In this document: positions 31,965 through 52,627 of the stretch, piece by piece | Position numbering within the stretch: the stretch's first letter is position 1 | Layout: each line of letters opens with the position of its first letter | Made by a program: the position numbers and the translations under genes | The notes under the pieces: generated by a model | Seen by the model: only the letters and a program-made list of their open reading frames with translations | What the model was told of the DNA's origin: nothing | The model's database searches: none | Assembly: GCF_009914755.1 (NCBI RefSeq) | Contig: NC_060946.1 | Direction: 5' to 3' (one strand) | DNA: 64,000 bases | Origin: the human T2T-CHM13v2.0 reference genome, Homo sapiens

Positions 31965-34575
31965 GTAAGTCCTGCTTGTTCATTTGGCATATGATACTTT
32001 TAGTGATGAAATTGAGCAATTCTATAGTAATATATGAATGCACCCCCCAGTGCTTTGTGTCCTCTATAGCCACAGCTGGGAATAAAGGAAATTTCAGGTA
32101 ATTAATAAGGTATTTAATGATTACTTATATTCCTAGTAAGATATTCTATGATTAAGCTCTCGGGAAATGGGTAATTCTAGGATTTTTACATGAAATCAGC
32201 GTTGCTGAATGTAAGAAAATAGGATATTCCTTTCTTTGTGCCTTGTCTGCCTCATGCAGTTACTGAGGTGGTTTGCTGGGGAGCTGTGTGTGATAGTTTT
32301 AAAACTATTTTATGGCTGGAGGAAATTACTTTATGAAAATTCCAAGAAATTAAAGTCCCCTAGAACTCAATTTGTGCTCTGTTTCCATGATTAATAGACA
32401 TAGACTGATAGATCCCTTTAAGACTGCGTATTCTTCGAGATAATTCTGGGCTTGCCCTTTTGTTTGCTGATGAGGAGATGTAGACACAGGGAGGTGGAGT
32501 GACTTGTTCTGATTCCCAGTTCTCCTTCTTCTTAACTCCGATAATAAAATATTAACCAGTAAATAATAAAATAGTTACCAGTAGAAGCTGGTGCAGAAAT
32601 CTTTGGATTTTTGTAAACCACTTTATCTGATTTACAAAAATCAGCCTGTCTGTGAAGAGGGTCTTTGGTAGATACAGTTTCTTTGATCACGCATGAAGTA
32701 CAGTGGGGAAAAGGTGGACGGAGTGGTTTGGAGAAGCAGATGACGTTGGTCTGTCTGTGCCTGAGCACTGTGTGGAAAGCGATTGGTCTTTGCCATATAG
32801 AGATATTTCATCCTGCTCCTCAGGAGTTGGTTAGGGAACAGATAAGTTAAAAGAGTTTGGCTTTCATTTTGTTAGTTCTCACGGCTTCTCATTATTTTCA
32901 TGGTGTGTGGTTACTGTAAGCTACATAGGTGTTCTCCTTTGCTTCTGATTTTGTGCTAAAAAACAAAATAAAACTCATGATAACAAGAGAGAGAAACTAT
33001 ATCTCTGGGAGCGGAGGGAAAAAGGAATTATTTATCTTTTTATTTGCTAGTTAAAATTTTTTAAATTTATTTTTTGTGGATTTATTGAGGTATATTTCAC
33101 ATAGCATACAATCCACACATTGAAAGTAAACAGTTGAGTGACTTTTTGTGTATTCACCGTCATACAACCATCTGCACTGCCTAATTTTAGAATGTTTTTA
33201 TCACCCCAAAAAGAACTTGTACCCATTAGCAGTCCTTCTGCCTTCTACCCTCCCTCAGCTCCCGGCAACCACGAATTGAGTTTCTGCCTCCATGGATTTG
33301 CTTGTGTTGGACACGCCACATGAAGGGAATCACACACTGTGTGGCCTTTTGCACTGGGCTTCTTCAGCATAAGGCCTTCAAGGTTCGTTCTGGTGGTTGT
33401 ATGGATCAGAACTTCAGCCTGCTTTCCCTTCAGCTCTCATTCCAGTTTCTGAAATGCATCCAGGATTCTTCTTTGTGTTTTCTGTTCTCTCTCCCTTCTG
33501 TAGCTCCTTTCCTGTCTACAGTCCCCGCAAACATACATACAGCCCCCGAAACATGTATTTTCCATAGCCTGGATTAAAACCTTAACTGACCCTGGCACCG
33601 GGAGACTCTGACCTGAGCTCCCAATGGCATTAGTGTGGCTGAGTATCTCAGTTGCACGGATTGTTCTCTGAGAGCAGCCTCACTGGGCGCTGATGGGCTG
33701 TGCATTTTATCTGAAGCTGTTAAACATTGTTTAAATAAATAATTTCTTCTGTTCCCTTCAATTCGTGACCTTGGATCTGGTCAGGAGAAGCTGAGTTTGA
33801 GCTTGGGAAGGTCATGGTCACAGGAAAGAAGAGCGGCTGATTGGAGGCTTAGGGAGAGCGCACACCACCATCTGCAATTACGTTTTGACGGAGCTGTCTA
33901 GTGTTGTTGGCCTGCTGCCCGTTTTTCTCTGTAGTAGTCTCACTTTCTGCCTGGTCTCAGGGATTGGGGGAGAGTGGAAGGTGGGCCATGGTGGGAGTAA
34001 ATGTGTCTGACACTCCAGGTCTTCCTTTTCCAGGTTCCGTTTGCGCCTTCCATCACTGACTCCATGCGTTCCTGCCCTACTCTTTCCCTTCTCCATCTTT
34101 CCTTCCCTCTCCCCTCATTGTTTTGCTGGTCCTCTTGTTCTGTTTCACCCTCTGTCTGCCTACCCATCTGTTCCTTTTCCCTCTTTCCTTACCTCCCAAG
34201 GTCCCCGACACACAGGATCACCATAGGGCTTGGGAACTGCCCTCCAATGTGTGCTGTGGGCAATTGGTAAAAATGTTTTCAAAATAAAACCATAGAAGTC
34301 TTTAATTTACTTGGCCTCTGAGGCGTTGCCGAACTGGCAGATTGTTTGGCTACACACTGAAGTGGTTGTTATTTCATTACTTTTTATCTATAAAAGTAGG
34401 GATAATAATAGTTCAGGTCCGTGAGGCTGTTGAGAGGGTTTAGCTGGTAATATACATGAAGCCCTTAACACGACAATTGGCTCTCAGCAGATGCTCAGTG
34501 AATAGAAGCAAATTGTTTATGTTAAAAATTTTCAACATACAGAAAAGTAGACTAGAATAATTAACCCCACATGTA

Positions 34576-34582
<7 letters not shown>

Positions 34583-34608
<26 letters not shown>
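34583..34608. repeat. (TG)n microsatellite
   Basis: pure TG run; a second one lies at ~39995-40035. Confidence 0.9.
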
Positions 34609-35064
34609 AGTTACATCACCTATATTTGATATATTTCACCATTTTGCTATACTATGTTTTCCCATCCTGCCTTTTCTTGTGGTTGCTGAAGTAATTAACA
34701 AAGCAGTCACAGCGTTTTGTGCTATATGCATCTCTAAAAAGTATGCATGCTTTCTTATACAGCCGCAGTACCTTTATCCCAAACGTGGAATTTATCATGA
34801 TTCTTAGTGTACTCTAATACCGAGTTTATTGTCAAATTTCTCTGATTAACTTAAAAATGTTTTTTTTTTTTTTTACTCTTGGTTTGAATCAGTATTCAAA
34901 TACTGTTCTTGTATTGTAATTGGTGATAATATTTCTTGTAATCTAGACCAGTTCCCCCACATTGCCCCCGCCAGCACATGCACAGGTAATTAACTTACTG
35001 AAGAAACTGGGTCCTGTGTGTTGTAGAATGTTCCAAGTTCTGGGCTTTTCTATCTGCTTCTTAA

Positions 35065-35441
<377 letters not shown>

Positions 35442-35889
35442 TAAACCGAGACTTTGCTCTAACAGCTTAATGAGGTTTAGCTTCAGCTGCTTTTTGGTAG
35501 GAGCACTTTATAGGTGGTGCTGTGTACGTCATAGCAGGAGGCACATGCCATTTAGGGTCTCTGTAGTCAGGTCTCTAAAGTGGGCTCAGATGTGGTGGGT
35601 GTCAGTTTCTCATTGACAATCATTGTCTAAATCGGTTATTTTATTAGGGATCAACTTAACTAATGTTAAGACACATAATTTCTATATAAGGATGAGGATA
35701 AAAGTAGCCGCACTTAACCCCTTTCTTCTGAATAGTGGCAATTAAAAACAAAGAATGAGGTTTATTAGGGAGTTACAAAATGGTGAGTTTTCTAAATATA
35801 CAATTCCTTCTGCATTGATTACTTTTATTCCTCAGTGGGAGGATATTTAGTTGCCTTTAAATATATTTTAATTAGAAAGGCACGTGTTC

Positions 35890-36429
35890 ATGGTGCAGCC
35901 CCATGACCCTTGCCTCGTGGTGTTGCCCCCATGCGTAACATGGCTAAAAGAGATTCTGCAAGTGGAATTAAGATCATTGTCTGAGTGGGCTTAATCCACT
36001 CACATGTGCTCTTTAAAAGCAGAGCGTTTCCTCAGGCCAGCAGCAAGGAGGAAGTCAGAAAGATATGAAGCTCAGGAAAGATTCCACACTGTTGCTAGCT
36101 CTGCAGATGGAGGGCGTGTGGGTGCTCACTAGGAGCTGAGAGTGGCCCTGGCTGGCAGCAGCGAGGAAACAGCCACCTCCATCCCAAACCATGAAGCACA
36201 GAATTCCATCCATAACTGGAATGGGTTTGGAGGCAGATTCCTACTCAGATCCTCTAGATAAGAACCCGGGCTGACCGACACCTTGAATTTGTCCTGGTGA
36301 GACCCTAAGCAGAGAGCCCATTGGAGCCCACCCACACTTCTGACCTACAGAACTGTGAGATGATACGTGGGTGTTGTTTTCCAGTCACTAAGTTTCTGGT
36401 GACTTGTGACACATGAGAAAACTAATACA
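35890..36429 (+). mobile_element. MLT1D/E MaLR LTR
   Basis: cttctgacctacagaactgtgagatgata...gaaaactaataca terminus. Confidence 0.8.
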
Positions 36430-36833
36430 GCAGGTAAAATCTCCATTCGTTATTTTTAATTGCCACTATTCAGAATAAAGTGGTTACATGCCAGTTACTT
36501 TTATCCTTATCCTTATATAGAAATTTTATCTTAAGAAATATTAAGTTGATCCCTAACTTGCTGTCAGTAAAACTTAACACATTTAGATATTGACACAGTA
36601 TGTTTGGTTTTAAGGGGATACTGGTTATTGAATAGACAGGAAAATCATTGTATCAGTTATAGTTAAGATGCTTTTGTGACTATTTTTCTTCTTTAAGATA
36701 CATTGAAATTGTAATTTTATCATATGAAGTGAGGCACATGGCATTTGATAAAGTCCATCTGTCTGTGGACAATCTACTTAGCTTCTCTGTCTGCAAGTTC
36801 ACTCCTGTTAGAGGAGCATGTTTGAAATTATAA

Positions 36834-40125
<3,292 letters not shown>

Positions 40126-41561
40126 CATCTTTTCACTTTAATTTCTTAAATGTTTTTTTAAGTTGGTCTCAAACATATTTAGCATGATATCAAAGAACAC
40201 TTACCTAGAAATAATACATAAATTATATTTGATATTTAGGGCCAAGGCATAAGAAATGTACTTGCTGTGGGCTTTGAAAGCAAAGGTGTATGTTTCATTA
40301 TAAAAAGAATACATTGATTAAAACAGAAACTACTACCTTTAAAAGTCCCTTTTTAAAAAAAAAATTCTGAGCAGTCCCTATTGTAATAAAGATGGATGTG
40401 CATATACCATAGATGCTTATGTTAAAAATCTGGTAATTATAAAAAAAACCTAAAATACTAAAAAACATAAACTAAAACGTTTTAGGATCACTTTTTTTGT
40501 CAGTTTCAATGAATAAACTTGCCAATCGATTTCATCATTTGTAAAATTATTGCTTGACATGTTTAATATCTAAAATATAACATAGATGGTTAAAAGCTGA
40601 AAACATGTATAAGTCAGCAGCTTTGGATTCAAAAGTTGAGGTTAAATTACAGCAAATAGAGCCGTCTTGCATAAGGTTGTAGAGAGGGAACTGTTATCCT
40701 GGGAACCAACTTCAACTTTGTTTTCCTCTGTGTTCCTACCTTTGTTTGGAAGTGTTTGTTTCTGTCACAGTGAAGGGCCTCCCCTGACCGATCCCCTGAT
40801 TGACAGTGACACAGTCAGTTCCCACCCTGCCTTATCTGTAAGAGTTCTCTAGCCAGAGCAACCACAGCCTCAGAGAAGAAAAACCTGGGGCCCTATTCAA
40901 TTCTGCATCCATTATCCATGCCTTTGTGGAGACTTTTCCTGAGGGAAAGAGTTAAAGAGGCACGTAAACTTTCAAACAGCAGAGACCAACAGTGGACTAA
41001 GCACAGCGAATTGGATTTTCTGTTGAAGAGGCAGTGCAGTGGCCGGGTTCAGGTAGTAACGGGAGCCTGGGGGACTTAGGGTCACAGCCTCTGCACAGTT
41101 TCAACTTGGGTTTCCTAATAAAAATGCTGCCCAGAGAGGAAAGACACTAGGGTAGAGGAAAAGCTGTTTCTTACAAACCTACTGGCAAGTCCGTCTTCTT
41201 TTCAGCTGACTTCATCACCTGTGTTGGACTAAACAAGTCGGCATCAGCTCCTGGTGCTGGAGTCTGCCCGGGCTGGGAGCCGCCACATGCCCCCGCAGTG
41301 CAGCCTCTGCAGCTCTGAACATTTGGGACATCTGAGCATTTTGGGTTAAAAAGGATAAAAAGAGGAGAAAAAGGCTAAACCAGTTCTATGGGAAAATTTG
41401 GTTGTCTTCTTTTTTTTTTTTTTTTTTTTTAACTTAGCTTAGTAGGGCTGGTTTTCCTTTTTAAAATTATCATTCAAGTTCAAAGACCAGCCATAATTAT
41501 CATCCCCCTCAAAAAAAAATCCAGAAAAGCTACATTTTACTGGAATAACCCAATCTTTTAA

Positions 41562-41948
<387 letters not shown>

Positions 41949-43611
41949 TAAATTTTTACTGCTTAATTTACCCTGAGCTCTTCTGATTGTGTGATTGGAA
42001 TACTTAGTCCATATTTGGAATTACTATTAGTTTAAGACAGTGATGCTACCTGTGTACTAGACACTTCAGTGAGTATTTTATGTGCTGGTAAGATAATATG
42101 ATCAAGCTTGCACAACTCCCAGGTGGGCAGAGCCAGAGTTGGAAGTCATGTGCTTTTTCTGCCTATAACCAGCAAAATTTAGTGTGGAAATTAGCATGTA
42201 TATGAAGATCTTTAAAAAAATGACATATCAACTGTATAATTTTTATTTCCTATATAATGATACTAAAATCCAGGATTTGGCAGCTGTGCGCAAAGATCTC
42301 TCTGTAGCTGGTCTACTTTATGTGCTTTGCTGAAGGGGACATTCAATCAAATATGTTTGAGTCCTTCACTGGGAATGTCTCGTTAAACAAAAAGGCACAT
42401 GGAGAAGACTAAGACAGTATTGAACAGTTGTTAAGTGTGTTTACTATCGCCAAGCAGCCCCTGAGATTCCCAGAAGAGCCTACTGGTCATTTTCCTGAGG
42501 CACAAATTTAAATCCTAAGGCTAATGTGGAGAAGCTACTGTCTTAGCCAAGAGGTAAGCCTTGCTGATCAGCCAGCCTCTGCAGCTAAACTCAACTTTGT
42601 AGCTCTCTCTCTGCCAGGGTCGACGTATTTTAGGAAAAAAAAAAAATTGTGTGCTCTAGCAATATTAGCAAATGTGGGATCTTAATTTATGTTGCTAGAG
42701 AATGCCAAGGACCTATGAAACAGCACCTCTGCTGGAAAAGTTCTCTGTAAACTTTTTGAACTGACAGTGGGGGACGATGGGGCTGTTTTAGGATTTTAAG
42801 AGCCCTCAATTGGTTTTGAAATTCAAGGTGGTGCTGCATTGTCATAATATCTTCTGGTTTTAGCCTTTTTTTGAGATACCTTTTCTGATGGTTTTACACC
42901 TTGTCTTTGATTTATTTTAGTATTTCTGCTTCTTGTCAAAGTTAAAACCAGGAAATACAGAGATGTGCTGTGGGGGTGATGGTTAAGCTTTGTTTGAAAC
43001 TTGTTGCTCAACATTCAGTTGTTCGTTTAATGAATTTAACTACGTGCCATACATTTCTCCTAAGCACTGGGGAATCCCTTAGGGAACAAAAGCAGAAATC
43101 CACACCCTTATGGAGTTAACTCCTCCTTCTCGGGGGAGAAAGATCCACAAATACATACTGTCCACAAGGGGGTAAATCTCAAGGAGGGTAGAAGAGCTGC
43201 GAAGAGAGGCAGGGAGTGCTCGTGCACATGGTGGCTTTAAACAGGGTGTTTTAAGAAGGTGCCATTCATAAGGACAATTGAGCAAAGTCCTCTGGGAGAG
43301 GAGGGGCCGAGCCCCTGTGGATTTATCTGGGGGAAGAGTACCCAGGTGAAGTGTTGAGCAGGGCAAAGACCCTGAGCCTGGAGCCTCACAGTTGAGGCAC
43401 AGCAAGGAGGCCAGGGGGCTGCAGGGCAGGGAGTACAGTGGGAGTTGGGGTGAGGGTGGAGAGTGGCCAGGCCCTTGAGGCCCTTGTGAGGGTTTCTGCT
43501 CTTACCCAGAGTGAGGTGGGACATAGGGAAGTTTGAGAGTTGGGATGGCATAATCTGACTCAAGTGCTTCTGGATCAGTCTGGCCGATGGGGAGGCATGG
43601 GCCAGGGAGGT

Positions 43612-43992
43612 TGTGTTAGTCCTGTCTCACACTGCTGTAAAGGACTGCTTGAGACTGAGTAACTTACGAAGAAAAGAGGTTTAACTGACTCACATTTCCA
43701 CAGGCCTGAGAGGAAGCATGACTGGGAGGCCTCAGGAAACTTACAGTCATGGCAGAAGGCAAAGGGGATGCAAGCACCTTCTTCACATGGTGGCAGGAGA
43801 GAGAGAGAGCGAGGGAAAGGCAGGTCACACACTTTGAAACCATCAGATCTTGTGGGAATTCACTCTCACTAGAACAGCACGGAGGAAATCCGCGCCCATG
43901 ACCCAGTCACCTTCCACCAGGCCCCTCCTTCAGCATTGGGGATTATAATTCAACATGGGATTTGGGCACGGACGTACATCCAAAACATTTCA
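43612..43992 (-). mobile_element. MSTA MaLR LTR inside an L2 relic
   Basis: gggaggcctcaggaaacttacagtcatggcagaagg...acatccaaaacatttca; TSD gaggt/gaggc. Confidence 0.85.
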
Positions 43993-44976
43993 GAGGCCTC
44001 TTAGAAAGCTAGAGGCTGTGAGAGACGATGCTGGCCTTTGGACCACTGGGGTAGCCATGGAAGCAGAGAGAAGCCATGGAATTCCAAATTTTGAAGATAG
44101 AGTCAATAGATTTGTAAGAAATTATGTTGCAGTACAAAAAAGCGTCGTGGGGAGAAGTAGTTTGCTGGGGACACTGGCGTCCTCAGGTCTACAGATAAAG
44201 GAGAGGTTCAGATAAGAGGTTGAGACTGTACGGCAATGATGTTGTTTATGCTTCTTGGAATTAAAGTAACTTGATTTGCACAGTGAGCCATTTGCTGGAG
44301 TATTGTCACACCTCCTTTGCATTCTAGCTGGTGCTTTGAGGTCAGCATTAAGCTAAGAGCTTTGTCCTGACGCTGATAGCTTTTTGCTAGATGAACAGAG
44401 AAGATTCTTACGGGTGTGAATCAGGAGTGAAATCCCAGCTGGGACAGAGAGAGTCCTTCTAGGCCCCCAGAGAGTCTGTTTATAACATTGGAGCACAAAA
44501 AGAGAAACTAGGACAAATTTTTAAAGAAGCAAATATTCTTACCTCATACGGTATGGATAGAAAGTCAGGTATATTCTGAAAATAAACTAAAAGGCAACAC
44601 TGAAAGAAAGGGCCAAAATCACTATTCCCAGCAAGCTATTCCATTTCAAGTTCTTTTCTGTCACCAATTTGGAACTCACTTGCTGGCTGAAAAGCAGAAG
44701 CCAAAAACAACTAATTTCGATCTTAAATAGCCATAAATTTTAAGATAAGGAAATGAATTCCTAATGAGCAAACTCCAAAGGCTGACAAATATAAGAATCC
44801 AATGTTATTTATTTTTCTCTTGTTAACTAATAAATGTGCTCTGTGCTTATGTTCTTACTTTTTAAAACAATTTAATTGACGTAAATATGCGTTTCCATAA
44901 TATGCATTTCCATAACTTCAAAAAGTATAGTCTTGCCCTTTGGGTTCAAATCACCCTAGCCCTGGGCAGCCACTGA

Positions 44977-48080
<3,104 letters not shown>

Positions 48081-48694
48081 GGAATGTCTAGATGCAGTAG
48101 CTAAGTACGCAGAAGCCATTTCAGTGTGGGAGGCGAGGTGACTGAATCCAGGGACTCCAGGTTTCTGGCTGAGGGGTTGAGACTGCCCATGGTCATTGTG
48201 ATGAGATGAAGACAGAAAATGAGCTGGGCTGGGGGAAGGTGGTCATCTCCTCTGGACGTGATTAGTTTGAGACTCCTGTTGGGTAGCCCACTGGGCATGG
48301 TCAGCAGGAAATTGAGGAGCTGAGAGGGTTTGGAGCTGAGATAGACTCCAGCCTCACCATGTGGGCAATAGTGGGGGTCACAGAGTGTGAAGATGGCCAA
48401 GAAAGAGGTCTGGGTGGGGGCTGGGGAGTCAGCAGCCAGGCCTGGGCCATGGAGAAACAGATGCCAGGGTAAGAGGAAAGGGGAGTCTCAGACCCCAGGG
48501 GAAAAGAGTCACTGGAAAGAGGGGCCAGTCCCATGTCATATCCAGCAGAGACACCAGGTACAGCAGAAGGACCTTGGACATGACCATGAGGAGGGCCTTG
48601 TTGGCCATGACCTGGGAGAGATGGGGGTGAGAGCCTGGGGGACCACACCATGTCCCCAGCACACGAAACAGTGCCTGGTAGACAGAATGTATTT

Positions 48695-48818
48695 ATGGAT
48701 GGACGGACAGGTAGATGGATGGATGAATGGACAGATGATAGATGGATGCAAAGACAGATGAATAGATGGACAGATGCACAGATGGACAGATGGATGGACG
48801 GACAGACGGAATGAATGA
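48695..48818. repeat. (GGAT/GGAC)n degenerate tetranucleotide repeat
   Basis: tggatggacggacaggtagatggatggatg... Confidence 0.85.
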
Positions 48819-49299
48819 TCAGAAAAGGCTTCATGAACAAAGTGAGACTGAGCTGCATCTCCATGGGTAGATACAAAAGCAGAGGACTCTCCTCTTGAGT
48901 CAGGAATGACCCAGTGTCCTGGTCCAGGGAGGAAGTCAGCTTGGCTTGACTGGAGACACTTGTGGCAGATTTCAGACACCATTAAAATGAGGCCAAGTGA
49001 GGTGGGCAGGTCCGAGCCAGCTGAGGACTCCTCAGCCACACGGCACAGCTGCCTGAGGGGATGTGTCACTCAGGGAGTTGCTGGGACCTACTGGGCCCAG
49101 CGTTGCCATCAGCACCAACAGCTTCAGAGAGGGGGACACATGCCGGGGTGACTCCAAGGCTGTGGGCGGCACCTGCCTCAGATAGAGAACAGGCACAGAG
49201 ACACTACTGGGGGACACTACTGGGATACTGGCCACCCCCCTACCCTGTGCCTAGATCACAGCCTACACACTGCAGCCCTGTGCCCCTCACTCCCAGCAG

Positions 49300-49415
49300 G
49301 TTCCTGCTCCAGCGCGGCTCCTGGACTGGCCCCGGGTGCTGGCCCCGGGGGTTTCAATCCAAGCATAATTCAGTGAAGCATGTGTTTGGCAGCGGGACCC
49401 AGCTCACCGTTTTAG
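49300..49415 (+). pseudogene. IGLL3P: IGLL3P exon equivalent to IGLL1 exon 2 (end of unique region plus J-like strand)
   Basis: cccagcag|G TTC...; FLLQRGSWTGPGCWPRGFQSKHNSVKHVFGSGTQLTVL; 116 nt; donor G|gtacgt; no IGLL1 exon 1 seen upstream. Confidence 0.92.
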
Positions 49416-50806
49416 GTACGTGGCTCTAACTTCCCAGCCTGTCCCACCCTCTCCTGTCTCTGGAAAAATCTGTTTTTTTTCTCTGGGTCTTCTTCCCCTC
49501 TGGCCTCCAGGCCTTAGGCATGAAACCCTCCCTTTCTCCTTGGGGTCTGGGGGAAGTGGGCTAGTCTCAGGTCAACTGGCTTGAAGGGCCTCTACAGTGG
49601 GAGCAGCCGCCTTCAGGTTCCAACAGTGGGACACAGCCTGGTCCCGGGGCCTGGGCTGGGATTGGGCGGGGTCAGTGCTCCTCCCCTCTCCCAGGGCAAG
49701 TGTCTGAGTGAGGGACAGAGGCCGGTTCTGATAAGGGGCCCTGCAGTGGCCTTAGAGACAGTCCCCGGGACCCCAGGGTCTAGGCTGAGGGCTGGATGGC
49801 CATCCAGCCTGGGAGGGCCACACAGGGCCCTGGGGACACAGGCGTCACCCCAAGGGGAGACCAATGGAGGGCACAGAGAGGGCTCTGGGTCTAGGCTGCA
49901 GCTCTGTGGCCTGTGCTGGGTCGTAAGGACATGGGGACATAGAGGGATGGGTGAGACTGGGTGAGGTCCCAGAGCCCAGCCCTCCCAGGACGGTCACGAG
50001 AAAGGAGAGGGTCTCTTAGTGCAGAGATGTGTCTGTCCCTGGAGCCCTATCACCTCTGGGGCCTGGTGTCTCCATTCACAGGTCGGCCTCCTGCCTTCAT
50101 TTGAGGAAGGGCACCTTAGACTCAGAAGGTGACTAGCGGGGAGTAAACGGGAGTGCAGAGAACTCCACGGCTGACAGGTGAAGTCCAGGGGCATCAGAGG
50201 CTGCTGGGGTGGGCATGGGGGCTGTGGTACCCCAACATCTGTGTTAGCAGCCCCAAGAACCCAGCCGATGTGAAGGGTCCTGTGGTTGGGCTGGTGGGGA
50301 CAGGGGCGACGGCAGAGCCCCAGGGTGTGTCTGGGTGGAGCCCACGCTTCACCAGGAGAGCTGAGTGGGCCAGGCTGGGTCACAGCCTGGTGCCCCAGGG
50401 GATGGGAAGCTCCAGGCCATGCCAGGCTTGGGCCTCCCCACACCCTGCCAGGTCAGTTTTGTGTGCTGTTGGGGAGACCCCTAGATTCCAAACTCAGACT
50501 CCAGAAACCAGGAAGGAGGGAGCACAGCCTGCCCTGGGTACACACGGGGAAACCGAGGCTGCAGAGGAAAGGGCTGGGCCAGGACACCTGGGAAAGGTGA
50601 CTTGGGAAGGGGTCCTAGGAAGGCACAGGGCTGTCTGCTCTGCAGAGGGCTCCAGTGGAAAGGAGGGAATGAGGAGGGAAGGAGAGGCCCTGGGTGGACC
50701 AGACGGCCACACCATGAACCCTCCCAGAGACTTTAGACAGAGAGAGGCGCTCCACAACACCCCACACTCCCTCTGCCATCTCTCACCCCCTCCTCTGTCC
50801 ACACAG

Positions 50807-51126
50807 GTCAGCCCAAGGCCACCCCCTCGGTCACTCTGTTCCTGCCGTCCTCTGAGGAGCTCCAAGCCAACAAGGCCACACTGGTGTGTCTCATGAATGA
50901 CTTCTATCTGGGAATCTTGACGGTGACCTGGAAGGCAGATGGTACCCCCATCACCCAGGGCGTGGAGATGACCACGCCCTCCAAACAGAGCAACAGCAAG
51001 TACATGGCCAGCAGCTACCTGAGCCTGACGCCCGAGCAGTGGAGGTCCCGCAGAAGCTACAGCTGCCAGGTCATGCATGAAGGGAGCACTGCAGAGAAGA
51101 CGGTGGCCCCTGCAGAATGTTCATAG
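50807..51126 (+). pseudogene. IGLL3P: IGLL3P C-lambda-like exon (IGLL1 exon 3 equivalent), open frame to TAG
   Basis: acacag|GTCAGCCCAAG; [45 protein letters not shown]...APAECS*; FYLG in place of IGLL1 FYPG is typical of pseudogene 16.1. Confidence 0.93.
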
Positions 51127-51228
51127 GTTCCCAGCCCCCAGCCCACCCACAGGGGCCTGGAGCTGCAGGATCCCAGGGGAGGCGTCTCTCTCTGCATCCC
51201 AAGCCATCCAGCCCTTCTCCCTGTACCC

Positions 51229-51245
51229 AGTAAACCCTCAGTAAA
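51229..51245 (+). terminator. Variant polyadenylation signals (AGTAAA x2)
   Basis: AGTAAA at 51229-51234 and 51240-51245, where C-lambda genes carry AATAAA. Confidence 0.6.
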
Positions 51246-51834
51246 TATCCTCTTTGTCAACCAGAAATCCTGCTCCCTCTCTTCATTTCTTATCTCTCAT
51301 ATAATGTGATGCTTCTCCTGGGTTCTCAGTGTGGCGCTGGGAGAATGCTGACACCAGTGGGAAAGTAGCCTGGAGGAGAGGATCAAAGCCACCCACGGGT
51401 GTCCCCTGGGGAAATAGGCCAGGATAGGAGGAGTTCGCTCACTGGACACCAGTCCCTCCAGTCTCTCCCTCCTCCCCTTCTTCCTTGCAGCTCAACCCCC
51501 AACTCGCTGCCTGCTTTCTGGAGGGAGCTACTTCTGGCTGAGCCTCCAGATACACCCTGTGTCCCTGTCCTGGTCTGGACCCTCTACCCACCCACAGCCT
51601 CTCTTTCCTCAGCCTGGAAATCCTACTCTGAGCCTGGAGCCCCTCTTCTGGCCCTGACCCTGGCCCCTGGAATGCCTTCCTTCCTCTCTGCCCAACTCCC
51701 CACCCCTGAGAGCTGGACTGTCCAGGATTTTTCATCTGACAGCAGGTTCAGAGGCCTGAGAAAAATAGGAGGAAGCCAAGAAGGAAACACACATGAAAGG
51801 CCTGCAAGAGGATCAGGACACTTGCAAAAGATAG

Positions 51835-52101
<267 letters not shown>

Positions 52102-52627
52102 CTCCATCATTTCTAAGAGATTAAACAAGTCTTTGCTCGAGGGAAGTTGGTTTTCTCAATGCTGAGGCCAGGCATCTCTTCATAATTAAAAGTGGGGATG
52201 TGTTTTACCCAAGGCCTCACTATTGATGGGATTTGGGCTCTGACATGTGCACAGGTGACTTCCTGGCAGCCCTAGGACATGGAGAGTTTCTCAGATGCTT
52301 GGCACAGACAGTCACTGGCCATCTTTGCAGGAAGCATCATTTTTGGGAAACTCTTCGCCATTGGATCCTGGGCCTCAGGTGGAAAACCAGGTCCTGTGTT
52401 GGGCATTTCTCTGTGAGGCTCCCTAGGTCTGGGGCTCCAGCTCCTCTCTGAGAAGAAGGTGTGGGGGGAGAGAACAGGGCCCAGCCACACCCAGCCTCTC
52501 CTGCATGGTTCCTGCTCATCAGGGTGTTAGAGGGGTGGTGGCACCAGCAGTGGTCAGGCCTGTGTTTCTGTGGGTGGGGCCAAGGAGGTACCCTTGGGGC
52601 ATCCTAGGGAGTCTCTCCCATGGCTCC

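Noticed and set aside
48301-48876. 191-aa His/Ser/Pro-rich minus ORF
   Set aside because: Translation of the (CCAT/GTCC)n repeat and GC-rich flank.
50153-50896. 247-aa plus-strand ORF upstream of the C exon
   Set aside because: GC-rich J-C intron read in a frame different from the Ig C domain; no homology recognised.
49300-51126. Calling this IGLL1, IGLL5 or a rearranging IGLJ-IGLC unit
   Set aside because: No leader exon, pseudogene-type FYLG/FLPS changes and no consensus RSS.
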